From positions 3,782 through 67,781 of the forward strand of contig CAMHDJ010000007.1 in assembly GCA_946183915.1 (NCBI GenBank): 64,000 nucleotides of DNA, in the 5' to 3' direction. The translations under genes and the position numbers were made by a program. The DNA comes from an uncultured Bacteroidales bacterium. GTDB lineage: Bacteria > Bacteroidota > Bacteroidia > Bacteroidales > P3. The notes under the pieces are model-generated. The model had not been told where the DNA came from, searched no databases, and worked only from the letters and a program-made list of their open reading frames with translations. Below, in pieces: positions 43,084-52,061 of this stretch (position 1 is the first letter of the stretch; each line of letters starts with the position of its first letter).

Positions 43084-44183
43084 TGGACAACTTCGACGAC
43101 ATACGCCCTTTCAACGACTCCGAGCTTCCGGCCGCTCTGCAACGCATCACCGCTTGGGACATGTTCCCTCAGGTGATCCGCTTCATCTACCCCAACGCCG
43201 ATATCAACGAACTCAAGCACAGGTTGCTGGAGGTTACCAGTATACATCAGTTCCAGTCCACCCTCATGCGCGATGCCATTCGCCGCATCATCGACACCAC
43301 CACCACCAGCTTCACCCACTCTGGCCTGAAACATCTGCGCCGTGGAGTCCCCTACCTCTTTATCTCCAACCATCGCGACATCACCCTCGATGCTTTCCTG
43401 TTGCAGCTTCTACTGCTCGACCACCGTGGCGACACCTCGCACATCGTCTTTGGAAACAACCTCTTAGCTATGCCTGCCGTCGAAGACCTCTTCCGCAGCA
43501 ACAAGCTGATTCCCATGCCTCGCAACGGCTCTCCCAGGGCCTTCTACAACAGTTTGCACCACCTGTCGGACTACCTTACCGACCTGATCACCCGGCAACA
43601 CCAGTCGGTATGGATCGCACAAAACAACGGACGAGCCAAAGATGGACACGACATGACGGCCCCTGCCCTGATCAAAATGCTCATACTCGGCGCCAACGGC
43701 ACCGACCCCATCAAAGCATTGGCCGACCTGCACATCGTCCCCGTCACCATGAGCTACGAATGGGACCCCTGCGATATCATGAAAGCCAACGAGCTGTACT
43801 GCAAGCAGAACGGCGGATACCAAAAAGCACCGTTGGAAGACCTGAAGAGCGTCGTCACCGGCATCATCAGCCCCAAAGGCAAGGTTCATCTCGCCATCGG
43901 GACACCCCTGACGCCTAGTGACATGCGCCCTGAGCCTGGTGAAGACCTCTGCAACCATGTGGCCAGTCTCCTCGACCGCAAGATCCAGGGCAACTACCAT
44001 TTGATGCCCACCAATTATGTGGCTTACAGTCTTCTGACAGGTCAGGATCTTCCTGGACGATACACCGAACTCACCCGCACGCGCTTCCTCCAACACCTCG
44101 ACACACTACCCCACCCCGACATGCGGCGAATCATGATCGAAACCTACGCCGCCCCCGTAGAGGCCATCCGTACCCTCCAGTAG
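43083..44183 (+). CDS. PlsC-family acyltransferase (lysophospholipid acyltransferase-like)
   Basis: HX4D motif in FISNHRDITLDAF. Its start overlaps the gpsA stop (TGATG). Confidence 0.7.
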   Translation: MDNFDDIRPFNDSELPAALQRITAWDMFPQVIRFIYPNADINELKHRLLEVTSIHQFQSTLMRDAIRRIIDTTTTSFTHSGLKHLRRGVPYLFISNHRDITLDAFLLQLLLLDHRGDTSHIVFGNNLLAMPAVEDLFRSNKLIPMPRNGSPRAFYNSLHHLSDYLTDLITRQHQSVWIAQNNGRAKDGHDMTAPALIKMLILGANGTDPIKALADLHIVPVTMSYEWDPCDIMKANELYCKQNGGYQKAPLEDLKSVVTGIISPKGKVHLAIGTPLTPSDMRPEPGEDLCNHVASLLDRKIQGNYHLMPTNYVAYSLLTGQDLPGRYTELTRTRFLQHLDTLPHPDMRRIMIETYAAPVEAIRTLQ

Positions 44184-44185
44184 GA

Positions 44186-45619
44186 CTACTCTTCAAAGAA
44201 ACGAGACTCGAAATTAAGCAGATAGACACGCTCGGTTGCACGGGTAAATGCCGTGTAGAGCCAGCGTAGCCACTCGCGGTCCAGCGGCATATCCGGCGGC
44301 AAAAAGCCCTGATCCACAATCACCGTGCGCCATTGACCACCCTGAGTCTTGTGGCACGTGAGGGCATAGGAGAACTTCACCTGCAGGGCATTATAGTACG
44401 GATTCTGGCGCAGTTCGCGCAGACGATCGGCCTTGTGAGGCAAGTCTGCATAGTCCTCCAGCACCGTCGTGTAGAGACGTGCCTGCTCATCACTGGTCAA
44501 CGAGGGCGACTCACTATAGAGAGTCGAGAGGAGCAGCTTGCAATCATGTGGCTCCTCGTCGGGGTAATCGACAAAACGAAGCGTAGCATCGGCGAAGCGG
44601 AAACCATACAATTCCTGCACGTTGCGCACCCCGAGCACCTCCACGATGTCACCATTGGCAATGAATCCGATCGTACTATCATCGTCGAGCCAGTAGTAGT
44701 TGTTTTTGACCACCATCAGGTAGTCGCCAGCATTGACCTCCTCTTCGCGAAAGAGCACACTGTTCCTGACTCCCTGATTGAAAAGATTGGCGCGCTTGTT
44801 GCTTCGGGTGACAATGACGACATCCTCCAACGCATACGAGTCGTACTCCCGGAAGAGGGTCTCCATGAGATCCTCCCCCTTGAGATTCACCACGTCAGCC
44901 GCCGTCTGAAAAAGCGGCAGCCGGGCCTCGTCGCCACCGGTCATTTCCGCAATCTGCCCCCTCAACGCCGTAGCATTTACCAGAATGCCAGAAAGTTGCT
45001 GCTGACGAACCACCTCGGTAAGTTCTCCCATGGTGACCGTCAGGCTGAAGGCTGACCGCAGATAACGCTCGTCGAGAGCCGGACTTTCGCTCTGTCCCAC
45101 AGGAGGCAACTGGGCCGAGTCGCCGATGAGCATCAGACGGCAATGGTTGCCGTCGTAGACATAGTCCACCAGATCCTCCAGCAGGCTGTGGCGCGTGCTG
45201 GTAGGTTCAAGGCCGATCATAGAGGCCTCGTCGACAATGAAAAGCGTATAGGCGTGCTTGTTGATGGCGCGCACCGTGCGGATGGCCCCCGAGGCATCGG
45301 TGGCCGTCATGTAGATCTTCTTGTGGATGGTGTAGGCCGGTCGATGGGCATAGCCACTGATCACCTTGGCCGCCCGCCCCGTGGGAGCCAGCAGCACGCA
45401 GTTGACCCTCAGCTGCGGCAGCACCGCAATCAGGGCCGAGACAAGCGATGTCTTACCCGTACCGGCATATCCGCGAAGCAAAAAAGCCGAGCGAGCGTCG
45501 GCATCGAACAGGAACTGAGACATAGCAACACACACTTCCCGCTGCCCATCAGTGGGGGTATGCGGGAAGTGCGAAAGGATGAGCTTGGTGACCGCCGAAG
45601 TAACGTTCGGGGCAGCCAC
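44186..45619 (-). CDS. RecD/Pif1-like ATP-dependent DNA helicase
   Basis: Walker A GYAGTGKTS, DEASM (Walker B) and the C-terminal motif ALTCHKTQGGQW. A GTG start lies 3 nt after the secG stop. Confidence 0.8.
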   Translation of the reverse strand: MAAPNVTSAVTKLILSHFPHTPTDGQREVCVAMSQFLFDADARSAFLLRGYAGTGKTSLVSALIAVLPQLRVNCVLLAPTGRAAKVISGYAHRPAYTIHKKIYMTATDASGAIRTVRAINKHAYTLFIVDEASMIGLEPTSTRHSLLEDLVDYVYDGNHCRLMLIGDSAQLPPVGQSESPALDERYLRSAFSLTVTMGELTEVVRQQQLSGILVNATALRGQIAEMTGGDEARLPLFQTAADVVNLKGEDLMETLFREYDSYALEDVVIVTRSNKRANLFNQGVRNSVLFREEEVNAGDYLMVVKNNYYWLDDDSTIGFIANGDIVEVLGVRNVQELYGFRFADATLRFVDYPDEEPHDCKLLLSTLYSESPSLTSDEQARLYTTVLEDYADLPHKADRLRELRQNPYYNALQVKFSYALTCHKTQGGQWRTVIVDQGFLPPDMPLDREWLRWLYTAFTRATERVYLLNFESRFFEE

Positions 45620-45622
45620 GGC

Positions 45623-45955
45623 TTACTGCTGGTCGGCGGTGGGGGCGGGCGTAGCGGCAGGAGCGACCGGACTGGTCACAGGAGCCTCGGCACTCGTCGT
45701 CACCTCGGTATTAATGCCGCTGTCGGCGCTGCGATGGGGGATGGATACCGTGGCAACCAGGCAGAGCACCACCAGGATGATGGCGAGCCACCAGGTGGCC
45801 TTCTCGATGAAGTCGGCCGACTGACGGGCACCCAGCACCTGGGTCGGAGCCGAGAAGTTGGCGGCCAGACCGCCACCCTTCGAGTTCTGGACAAGAACCA
45901 CCAGCGCAAGCAACACGCAGACAATGATAATCAGGATGACAATAAAGGTGTACAT
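45623..45955 (-). CDS. secG: Preprotein translocase subunit SecG
   Basis: MYTFIVILIIIVCVLLALVVLVQNSKGGG is typical of the SecG N-terminus. A second TM segment is present. Confidence 0.85.
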   Translation of the reverse strand: MYTFIVILIIIVCVLLALVVLVQNSKGGGLAANFSAPTQVLGARQSADFIEKATWWLAIILVVLCLVATVSIPHRSADSGINTEVTTSAEAPVTSPVAPAATPAPTADQQ

Positions 45956-45978
45956 GCTTCTATTATTATATTTATTAC

Positions 45979-46563
45979 TTATTCATTTAACAGCGAGCGC
46001 AAACGCTCAATTCGGGGTGCAAAAATACTATTTTTTTCGGGATTACGCGCCAACAAATTCTCATAAATCGCCAACGCCTTGTCGTATTTGCCCTGTTGCT
46101 CCAGAATAACTGCAAGAGTTTCAGTACCTAACGACACATCTGCCGCCAGGCTTTTTTTCTCCTTGCCCTCGGCTGGCAGCGGTTCCTCGGTGCCCGTTTC
46201 CTGCCCTTCAGACGTGGCGATCTGCAGAAAATTGGACAGTATGACGCTCTTGGGGGCCGTCTTGAAAGAAATCTCCTGGAAGGTATTGATCTCGTTGAGG
46301 ATATCAAAGCTCGGCGCCTCGGCCACCCCTTGGCGGGCAGCAGCCAAGAGTCCGTTGAGCCCCTGGGAGTTGCACATCGACAGAGCCACAGCACGACGCT
46401 GGTCGGCCGTGTCGAAACTGAAGGCATGGTCGGCCAACAAGGCCAGCACACCGACTGCCGACGAGTAGGGATACTTCGCCAACATCGCCCGGAGCCAACC
46501 CCGATCCTGCGAAGTGAACTGCTCGGGACGCGCCACCCGATCGTTAAATTCTTTCTTGTCCAT
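45979..46563 (-). CDS. Hypothetical protein with a C-terminal TPR-like motif
   Basis: A 194-aa ORF upstream of secG. LAVILEQQGKYDKALAIYENLLARNPE is TPR-like. Confidence 0.6.
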   Translation of the reverse strand: MDKKEFNDRVARPEQFTSQDRGWLRAMLAKYPYSSAVGVLALLADHAFSFDTADQRRAVALSMCNSQGLNGLLAAARQGVAEAPSFDILNEINTFQEISFKTAPKSVILSNFLQIATSEGQETGTEEPLPAEGKEKKSLAADVSLGTETLAVILEQQGKYDKALAIYENLLARNPEKNSIFAPRIERLRSLLNE

Positions 46564-46616
46564 CTATCAACTTTTTAGACCAATTTAACAACTTTTCACA
46601 CTGAAAATTGGATTTG

Positions 46617-46624
46617 CAAAGGTA
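46617..46624 (-). promoter_or_regulatory. -7 box TACCTTTG (minus strand) for the 45979..46563 / secG / helicase operon
   Basis: The reverse complement of caaaggta matches TAnnTTTG, 54 nt upstream of the ATG at 46563. Confidence 0.45.
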
Positions 46625-46724
46625 CAAATTATTTTTGAATTGGAGAAAAAAGAATTTATTTCGGTTCCGTTACCGACTTATTAACAGTGTTTTAAACAGA
46701 AATATTAATAATTCTAAAGAAATT

Positions 46725-46758
46725 TTTGTTTCCATATTGAAATTTTTGCGTACTTTTG
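46725..46758 (+). promoter_or_regulatory. Candidate promoter (-33 TTTG, -7 TACTTTTG) for rpmH
   Basis: TTTG at 46725-46728 and TACTTTTG at 46751-46758. Confidence 0.5.
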
Positions 46759-46803
46759 CACTCCAATTTTGACGAGAAAAAGAAACAAATAAAGCAACAT
46801 ACT

Positions 46804-46950
46804 ATGAAGAGAACATTCCAACCCTCGACGAGAAAAAGAGTCAACAAGCACGGTTTCCGCAAGAGAATGTCTACCGCCAACGGTAGAAAAGTGCTGGCTG
46901 CACGCCGCCGCAAAGGCCGCAAGAGACTGACCGTCTCCGATGAGCGCTAA
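46804..46950 (+). CDS. rpmH: 50S ribosomal protein L34
   Basis: [44 protein letters not shown]. Confidence 0.95.
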   Translation: MKRTFQPSTRKRVNKHGFRKRMSTANGRKVLAARRRKGRKRLTVSDER

Positions 46951-46971
46951 GATGTAACGGCATCGCTGAAC

Positions 46972-47005
46972 AAAAGAAGTACCGGAAGATACTTCTTTTT
47001 TTTAT
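46972..47005 (+). terminator. Rho-independent terminator after rpmH
   Basis: AAAAGAAGTA, loop, TACTTCTTTT followed by a T-run. Confidence 0.75.
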
Positions 47006-47021
47006 ACCCTCTAAACAAACT

Positions 47022-48446
47022 ATGAGCCGCAGAAAGAAAGAGTTACCCCTGTATGAGCAGGTGGAGATTGCCGACGCCGGAGCCGAAGGGATGGCGGTGG
47101 CACGCGTCGACGGCCTGGTGGTCTTCGTGCCCTTCGTGGTGCCGGGCGACATCGTCGACATACAACTGTACAAGAAAAAGAAGAACTACGCCGAGGGACG
47201 TGCCGTCAAATTGCACCGTCCCAGCCCCTTGCGCGTCGATGCCGCCTGCCCCCACTTCGGCACCTGCGGCGGATGCAAGTGGCAGACCATGAGCTACGAA
47301 GCCCAACTCGCCGCCAAGCAGCGGCAGGTGCGCGATGCCCTGGAACGCCTCGGCGGGGTCGACTGCTCACAGATGCAGCCCATCTGCGGCTCGGAACAGA
47401 TCTACTACTACCGTAACAAGCTGGAATTCACCTTCTCCACGCGCGCCTGGCGCGACGACCCTGCCGCCGAACCCGACCCGCGCGGCGCCCTGGGCTTCCA
47501 CGTGCCGCAGCTGTTCGACAAGGTGATCCCCATCGAACACTGCGTGCTGCAGGCCGACCCAAGCAACGCCATCCGCTTGGCAATCAGGGACTACGCACAA
47601 GAACACGCCCTCCCCTACTACGACATACGCAACCACACGGGCCTGCTGCGCAACGTGATTGTCCGCAACAGCTCGATAGGCCACTGGATGGTGATCGTCG
47701 TCGTGGCCCAGGAGGACCCCTCGCCGGTGCTGCCGATGCTCGACATGCTGCACGAGCGGTTCCCGCAAATCACTTCTCTTCAGTACATTATCAACACCAA
47801 ACTGAACGACTCATACGGCGACCTGGAGGTGTACACCTACCTCGGCGACGACCACATCGAGGAGCGCATGCGCGCATGGCACCCCGACGAGCAGGAGGAT
47901 CTGCGCTTCATCATCAACCCCAAGTCGTTCTACCAGACCAACTCAGCCCAGGCCCAACGGCTCTACAGCCACGTGGCCGACCTGGCCGACCTGCGCCCCA
48001 CAGACACCCTCTACGACCTCTACACCGGCACCGGCACCATAGCCCTCTTCCTGGCGCGCCAGGTGAGCCGCGTGATCGGCATCGAATATGTCGAGGAGGC
48101 CATCGCCGACGCGCGCGTGAATACCAAGCGCAACGGACTGGAAAACACCGAGTTCTTCGCCGGCGACATGGCCCGCGTGCTGACCGAGGAGTTCATCGCC
48201 GCCCACGGCCGCCCCGACGTGGTGGTGACCGATCCGCCGCGTGCCGGCATGCACGAGAGCGTTGTGCGGCAGCTACTGGCCGCCGCTCCCCGCAAGATCG
48301 TCTACGTCAGCTGCAACCCCGCCACCCAGGCGCGCGACCTGCGCCTGCTGGCCGAGCGCTACGACGTGCGGCGCATCCAGCCCGTCGACATGTTCCCCCA
48401 CACCCAGCACGTGGAGAACATCGCCGAACTGGTGCTGCGCGGCTGA
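47022..48446 (+). CDS. rlmD: 23S rRNA (uracil1939-C5)-methyltransferase
   Basis: N-terminal TRAM domain, Fe-S Cys cluster CPHFGTCGGCKWQ, a SAM motif DLYTGTGT, and C-terminal VSCNPAT...DMFPHTQHVE. Confidence 0.9.
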   Translation: MSRRKKELPLYEQVEIADAGAEGMAVARVDGLVVFVPFVVPGDIVDIQLYKKKKNYAEGRAVKLHRPSPLRVDAACPHFGTCGGCKWQTMSYEAQLAAKQRQVRDALERLGGVDCSQMQPICGSEQIYYYRNKLEFTFSTRAWRDDPAAEPDPRGALGFHVPQLFDKVIPIEHCVLQADPSNAIRLAIRDYAQEHALPYYDIRNHTGLLRNVIVRNSSIGHWMVIVVVAQEDPSPVLPMLDMLHERFPQITSLQYIINTKLNDSYGDLEVYTYLGDDHIEERMRAWHPDEQEDLRFIINPKSFYQTNSAQAQRLYSHVADLADLRPTDTLYDLYTGTGTIALFLARQVSRVIGIEYVEEAIADARVNTKRNGLENTEFFAGDMARVLTEEFIAAHGRPDVVVTDPPRAGMHESVVRQLLAAAPRKIVYVSCNPATQARDLRLLAERYDVRRIQPVDMFPHTQHVENIAELVLRG

Positions 48447-49100
48447 CGCATCGGCAGCCCCCTCAACCAGAGGCCCATAGCCCACATAGACGGTGGTCGA
48501 CCAGCGCCCCTGCCGGTCGCGCACCATGCCCCACAGTTGCACCTCGCGCCCGGCAAAGTCGTCGGGTAGCGACACCTCGATCCGTTCCGTGCGTCGGGCG
48601 ACGGGCGCCGCCAGATAGCCCCGCTCGAGCGACGGACAGTAGAGGTAGAGAAACACCTCGTCGAAGGCATCGGCCCGCTGGTGCGTGGGATTCTTTTCGA
48701 ACTTGACAGTCAGCACGTTGCCGGGCAGCACCTGCAGGTCGTGGAAGCGCACCGGGGTGACGGGGCCCTCGCTGAGCACGAGCGACGACCACTCGACGGC
48801 AAGCTCGCCGTCGACGAGCGAGAAGGCGTGCTGGTTCCTCTGCACGAAGTAGTTACACTGCGTCATGTGCCGCTCGTAGGAGCGGTCGAAGAAGGTGTCG
48901 CGCAGGAGGAGGTTCATGCGGCCAGCGAGCTGCACTTCGCGCTTGAAGAGCTGGCGATGAGCCTGTTGACGCTCGGTTCGGGGGTTGTGCACGTGCACAG
49001 GCCGGCTGCGCATACACCACATGCCACGCCACCGATACCCTATTGCGGGCCCGAGAACGCCCTGGAAACCACCCATATAGCCTTCCGATATCTTTGCCAT
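48273..49100 (-). CDS. Conserved hypothetical protein, paralog of 8712..9524
   Basis: Starts MAKISEGYMGGFQGVLGPAIGYRWRGMWCMRSRPVHVHNPRTERQQAHRQLFKREVQLA. The first stop in frame is at 48273, so the last 174 nt are antisense to rlmD. Confidence 0.6.
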   Translation of the reverse strand: MAKISEGYMGGFQGVLGPAIGYRWRGMWCMRSRPVHVHNPRTERQQAHRQLFKREVQLAGRMNLLLRDTFFDRSYERHMTQCNYFVQRNQHAFSLVDGELAVEWSSLVLSEGPVTPVRFHDLQVLPGNVLTVKFEKNPTHQRADAFDEVFLYLYCPSLERGYLAAPVARRTERIEVSLPDDFAGREVQLWGMVRDRQGRWSTTVYVGYGPLVEGAADASAAQHQFGDVLHVLGVGEHVDGLDAPHVVALGQQAQVARLGGGVAADVDDLAGSGGQ

Positions 49101-49223
49101 AAGTCTGTTTGTTTTACGTTCGAACTGATATCCATAACGTCGGCTTTGAAGCTTTATTGTGTGGTCATATAAGATTTTTTTAGTGGTGCAGTAGCAGTTA
49201 GGTAAGAGATGGTGGCGGATCAT

Positions 49224-49522
49224 GCGGAGGATGTGGGGGTTGCGGCGGGAGGAAATCGGGGCGGTGAGGAGAAAATGGCAGGAAATCGGCGGGTCGGAGG
49301 CGGCGGGGAGGCGGCAGGGTGGCGGTAGAGAGGCGGGGCACTGGTGAGAGGGGAACGGCAGGAAGGCGGCGGGGAGGCGGCGGGGAGGCGGCCCCTTGGA
49401 GAGAGGGGAACGGCGGGGAGGCGGGGGGGCGGCGGGGAGGGATGGGGGCCGGATGGGGACCGGATGGGGGCGGGATGGGGACCGAACGGTGGCGGGTCGG
49501 TGGCGGGACGGTGGCGGGATGG
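49224..49522. repeat. G-rich degenerate ~11-bp periodic array (about 300 bp)
   Basis: Examples are ggcggggaggc ggcggggaggc and ggccggatggg gaccggatggg ggcgggatggg gaccgaacggt ggcgggtcggt ggcgggacggt ggcgggatgg. Confidence 0.85.
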
Positions 49523-49566
49523 AAAAGATTTAAATTATCATAAAAAGCGGGACGTTTTGAACAATT

Positions 49567-49599
49567 TTTGTTTCATATCAAAAAAAAGTGTTATCTTTG
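49567..49599 (+). promoter_or_regulatory. Candidate promoter (-33 TTTG, 21 nt, -7 TATCTTTG) for the 49690 gene
   Basis: TTTG at 49567-49570 and TATCTTTG at 49592-49599. Confidence 0.55.
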
Positions 49600-49689
49600 C
49601 ATGTTCAACGTCGCGGTCCCGAGAGGGGATTTGCGGTTGCAACCAACTAATAGATAAAAAGATAATAAATAATAAAAACATACACAAAC

Positions 49690-51999
49690 ATGATGAAAAA
49701 AGCATTATTGAGTCTGTTGATGGCCTTTGTATGCCTGCCGGCGGTCTACGCCCAGTCGGCTCCGACGCTGACCCTGAAGGTGGATTCCGTTGAGTCCTGC
49801 CAGAATTACAGATGGCCCCGAAACAACCAAGAGTACACGCGCGACACCGTGGTGATGCACACGGTGGGTGACACGGCCTATGTGCTGAACTTCACCAAAC
49901 TGGATGAGCACGTGGACACGACGACGATTATCCCGGTGACGGGCGGCTGCAGCGCCAACTGGAACGGCAAAGTGTGGGAGAGCGCCGGCTTCTTCACCGA
50001 CACGCTGACGACGGTTCTGGGTTGCGACAGCATTGTGAAGATCAAAGTGACGCTGGGTGTGAACGACACGGTGGTGGACACGACGGTGTGCGGCAGCTAC
50101 ACGGCCCCGTGGGGCACGGTGTACACCACGTCGCAGGTGATCGACACGACGGTGGACGAGGGCGAATGCACCTACCACAACGTGATCAACCTGACGGTGA
50201 ACGCCGAGTATAAGGACACGGTCGACATTGTGACGACGGCGGGTTGCTACTACCGCTGGGACAACATGACGATCACCGACACGTCGGCCCACGTCAAGGT
50301 GTTCCAGACGGTCAACGGCGGCTGCGACAGCATTGTGCGCCTGCGCATTACGTCCTACACCGGCCACCAGTACGAGGAGTTCGACACGGTGCGTTGCGAC
50401 TTCTTCCGTCCCCTCTGGCGTACCGATACGATCTTCACTAGCGGCGACTACGTGCGCGAGCACGTCGAGGGCTACTACCGCCCGACGCCCGACGCCGAGA
50501 TGGCCCAGTGTGTCCGCCACGACACCTACCATGTGACCATCGTCCGCAGCGTCAACGACGAGGACTCGGTGGAGGTGCAGACGGTGAACGCCGGTTGCAG
50601 CTACACCTGGGAGGGCACGACCTACACCGACACCGACACTCACTACCACATGTATACGAGCGTCATCGGCGGTTGCGACAGCCTGGTGGGCATCCAGATC
50701 AACTACAGCGGCCACCAGTACGACACAACCCGCGTGGACTACTGCGGCGACAAGTACAACTGGAAGACCAACTACCCCGCCCTGCCGCTGCCCGGCGCCG
50801 ACAGCAACTACCTGTTCACGCACAGCATCGACACCACGGTGAGCGTGTATGACAGCGCCAGCGAGTGCATGACGCACTACACGCTGCTGCTCAACATGTA
50901 CGACAAGCGCGACACGGTGAACCAGTACTACTGCGGCGAATACTACACAGCCACCTATCAGCGCTGGAACGCCGCCAACAACAACTGGCAGAACACGACG
51001 ACGCGCCTCACCGCCAGCGGCCTCTACTCGATGAGCGCCGACGGTCAGGACTCGCTGATCATCGTCACCGCCGGTACGAACTGCAAGACCTACCGCACGA
51101 TCAACCTCGACCTCAACGTGCCGGAGATGCGCTATCGCACCGACAGCATCGACACGACGGTGTGCGTGCGCTTCCGCTTCCGCATTGACCGCAAGTACGG
51201 TGCCGACACCTACATCACGGCCAGCTGCACCGACTCCAACTTCCACCATCAGGAGCGCTACCAGAGCAACCGCAACCGTTGCTACGACTCGATCGTCAAC
51301 GTGACCGTGGTGGTGAACCCCAACACCATCCTCAGCCGCACGCAGACGGCCTGCGACGAGTATGTGTGGACCGAGTTCGACGGCAAGACCTACACCGAGA
51401 CCGGCACCTACCGCGACACCCTCTCGGAGCGCGACGCCAACGGCTGCCTGCAGATCGGCACGCTGAAGCTGACGATCAACAAGACGCCTACGGTCAACGT
51501 GGAAGGCAACTGGATGCTGCACCCGGGCGAGAGCACGACCCTGACGGCCCGTGCCACCGCCGACAGCGACCCCATCCGCACAAACGGCTTCAAGTGGAGC
51601 TGGAACACTGGCTCGCGTGACACGGTGGTGCGTGATTCGATGATCACGCTGAACAACGTGACCGCCAACACCGATATCCGCCTCGAATCGACCAGCACCA
51701 AGAACTGCACCGCCACCAACTGGATCACCATCACGGCCAACGTGGGCATCGACGAGGTGGAAGCCCTGCAGGTGAACATCTACCCCAACCCCGCCAGCCG
51801 CTACATCCACATTGAGAGCGCCGAGGCGATGAGCGATGTGGTGATCTACAACGCTGTGGGTCAGCAGGTGATGCGCAGCAACGTCGAGGGCGAACACACG
51901 ACGCTCGACCTGGGCAACCTGGCCACCGGCACCTACACGCTCCGTATCAACGGCGCCAACGGTGTTCAGACCACCCGCAAATTCATTGTCAATAAATAA
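49690..51999 (+). CDS. Modular Cys-repeat T9SS type-A cargo protein
   Basis: Signal peptide MMKKALLSLLMAFVCLPAVYAQ. About 9-10 modules end in GCDS(I/L)V..(I/L).(I/V)T-type motifs. The C-terminus is VNIYPNPASRYIHIE...GTYTLRING...RKFIVNK. Confidence 0.85.
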   Translation: MMKKALLSLLMAFVCLPAVYAQSAPTLTLKVDSVESCQNYRWPRNNQEYTRDTVVMHTVGDTAYVLNFTKLDEHVDTTTIIPVTGGCSANWNGKVWESAGFFTDTLTTVLGCDSIVKIKVTLGVNDTVVDTTVCGSYTAPWGTVYTTSQVIDTTVDEGECTYHNVINLTVNAEYKDTVDIVTTAGCYYRWDNMTITDTSAHVKVFQTVNGGCDSIVRLRITSYTGHQYEEFDTVRCDFFRPLWRTDTIFTSGDYVREHVEGYYRPTPDAEMAQCVRHDTYHVTIVRSVNDEDSVEVQTVNAGCSYTWEGTTYTDTDTHYHMYTSVIGGCDSLVGIQINYSGHQYDTTRVDYCGDKYNWKTNYPALPLPGADSNYLFTHSIDTTVSVYDSASECMTHYTLLLNMYDKRDTVNQYYCGEYYTATYQRWNAANNNWQNTTTRLTASGLYSMSADGQDSLIIVTAGTNCKTYRTINLDLNVPEMRYRTDSIDTTVCVRFRFRIDRKYGADTYITASCTDSNFHHQERYQSNRNRCYDSIVNVTVVVNPNTILSRTQTACDEYVWTEFDGKTYTETGTYRDTLSERDANGCLQIGTLKLTINKTPTVNVEGNWMLHPGESTTLTARATADSDPIRTNGFKWSWNTGSRDTVVRDSMITLNNVTANTDIRLESTSTKNCTATNWITITANVGIDEVEALQVNIYPNPASRYIHIESAEAMSDVVIYNAVGQQVMRSNVEGEHTTLDLGNLATGTYTLRINGANGVQTTRKFIVNK

Positions 52000-52023
52000 T
52001 GAATAGAGACACTCACCCAAGAA

Positions 52024-52054
52024 ACGTCCGGCACTCCGGTGTCGGACGTTTTTT
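52024..52054 (+). terminator. Rho-independent terminator after the 49690..51999 gene
   Basis: ACGTCCGGCAC, loop tccg, GTGTCGGACGT (one G-U pair) followed by TTTTT. Confidence 0.75.
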
Positions 52055-52061
52055 AGTTTGG

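Noticed and set aside
49319-49793. Gly/Arg-rich ORFs (74 and 149 aa) across the G-rich array
   Set aside because: These are pure translations of the GGCGGGGAGG-type repeats. The region has no start context and contains the promoter of the 49690 gene.
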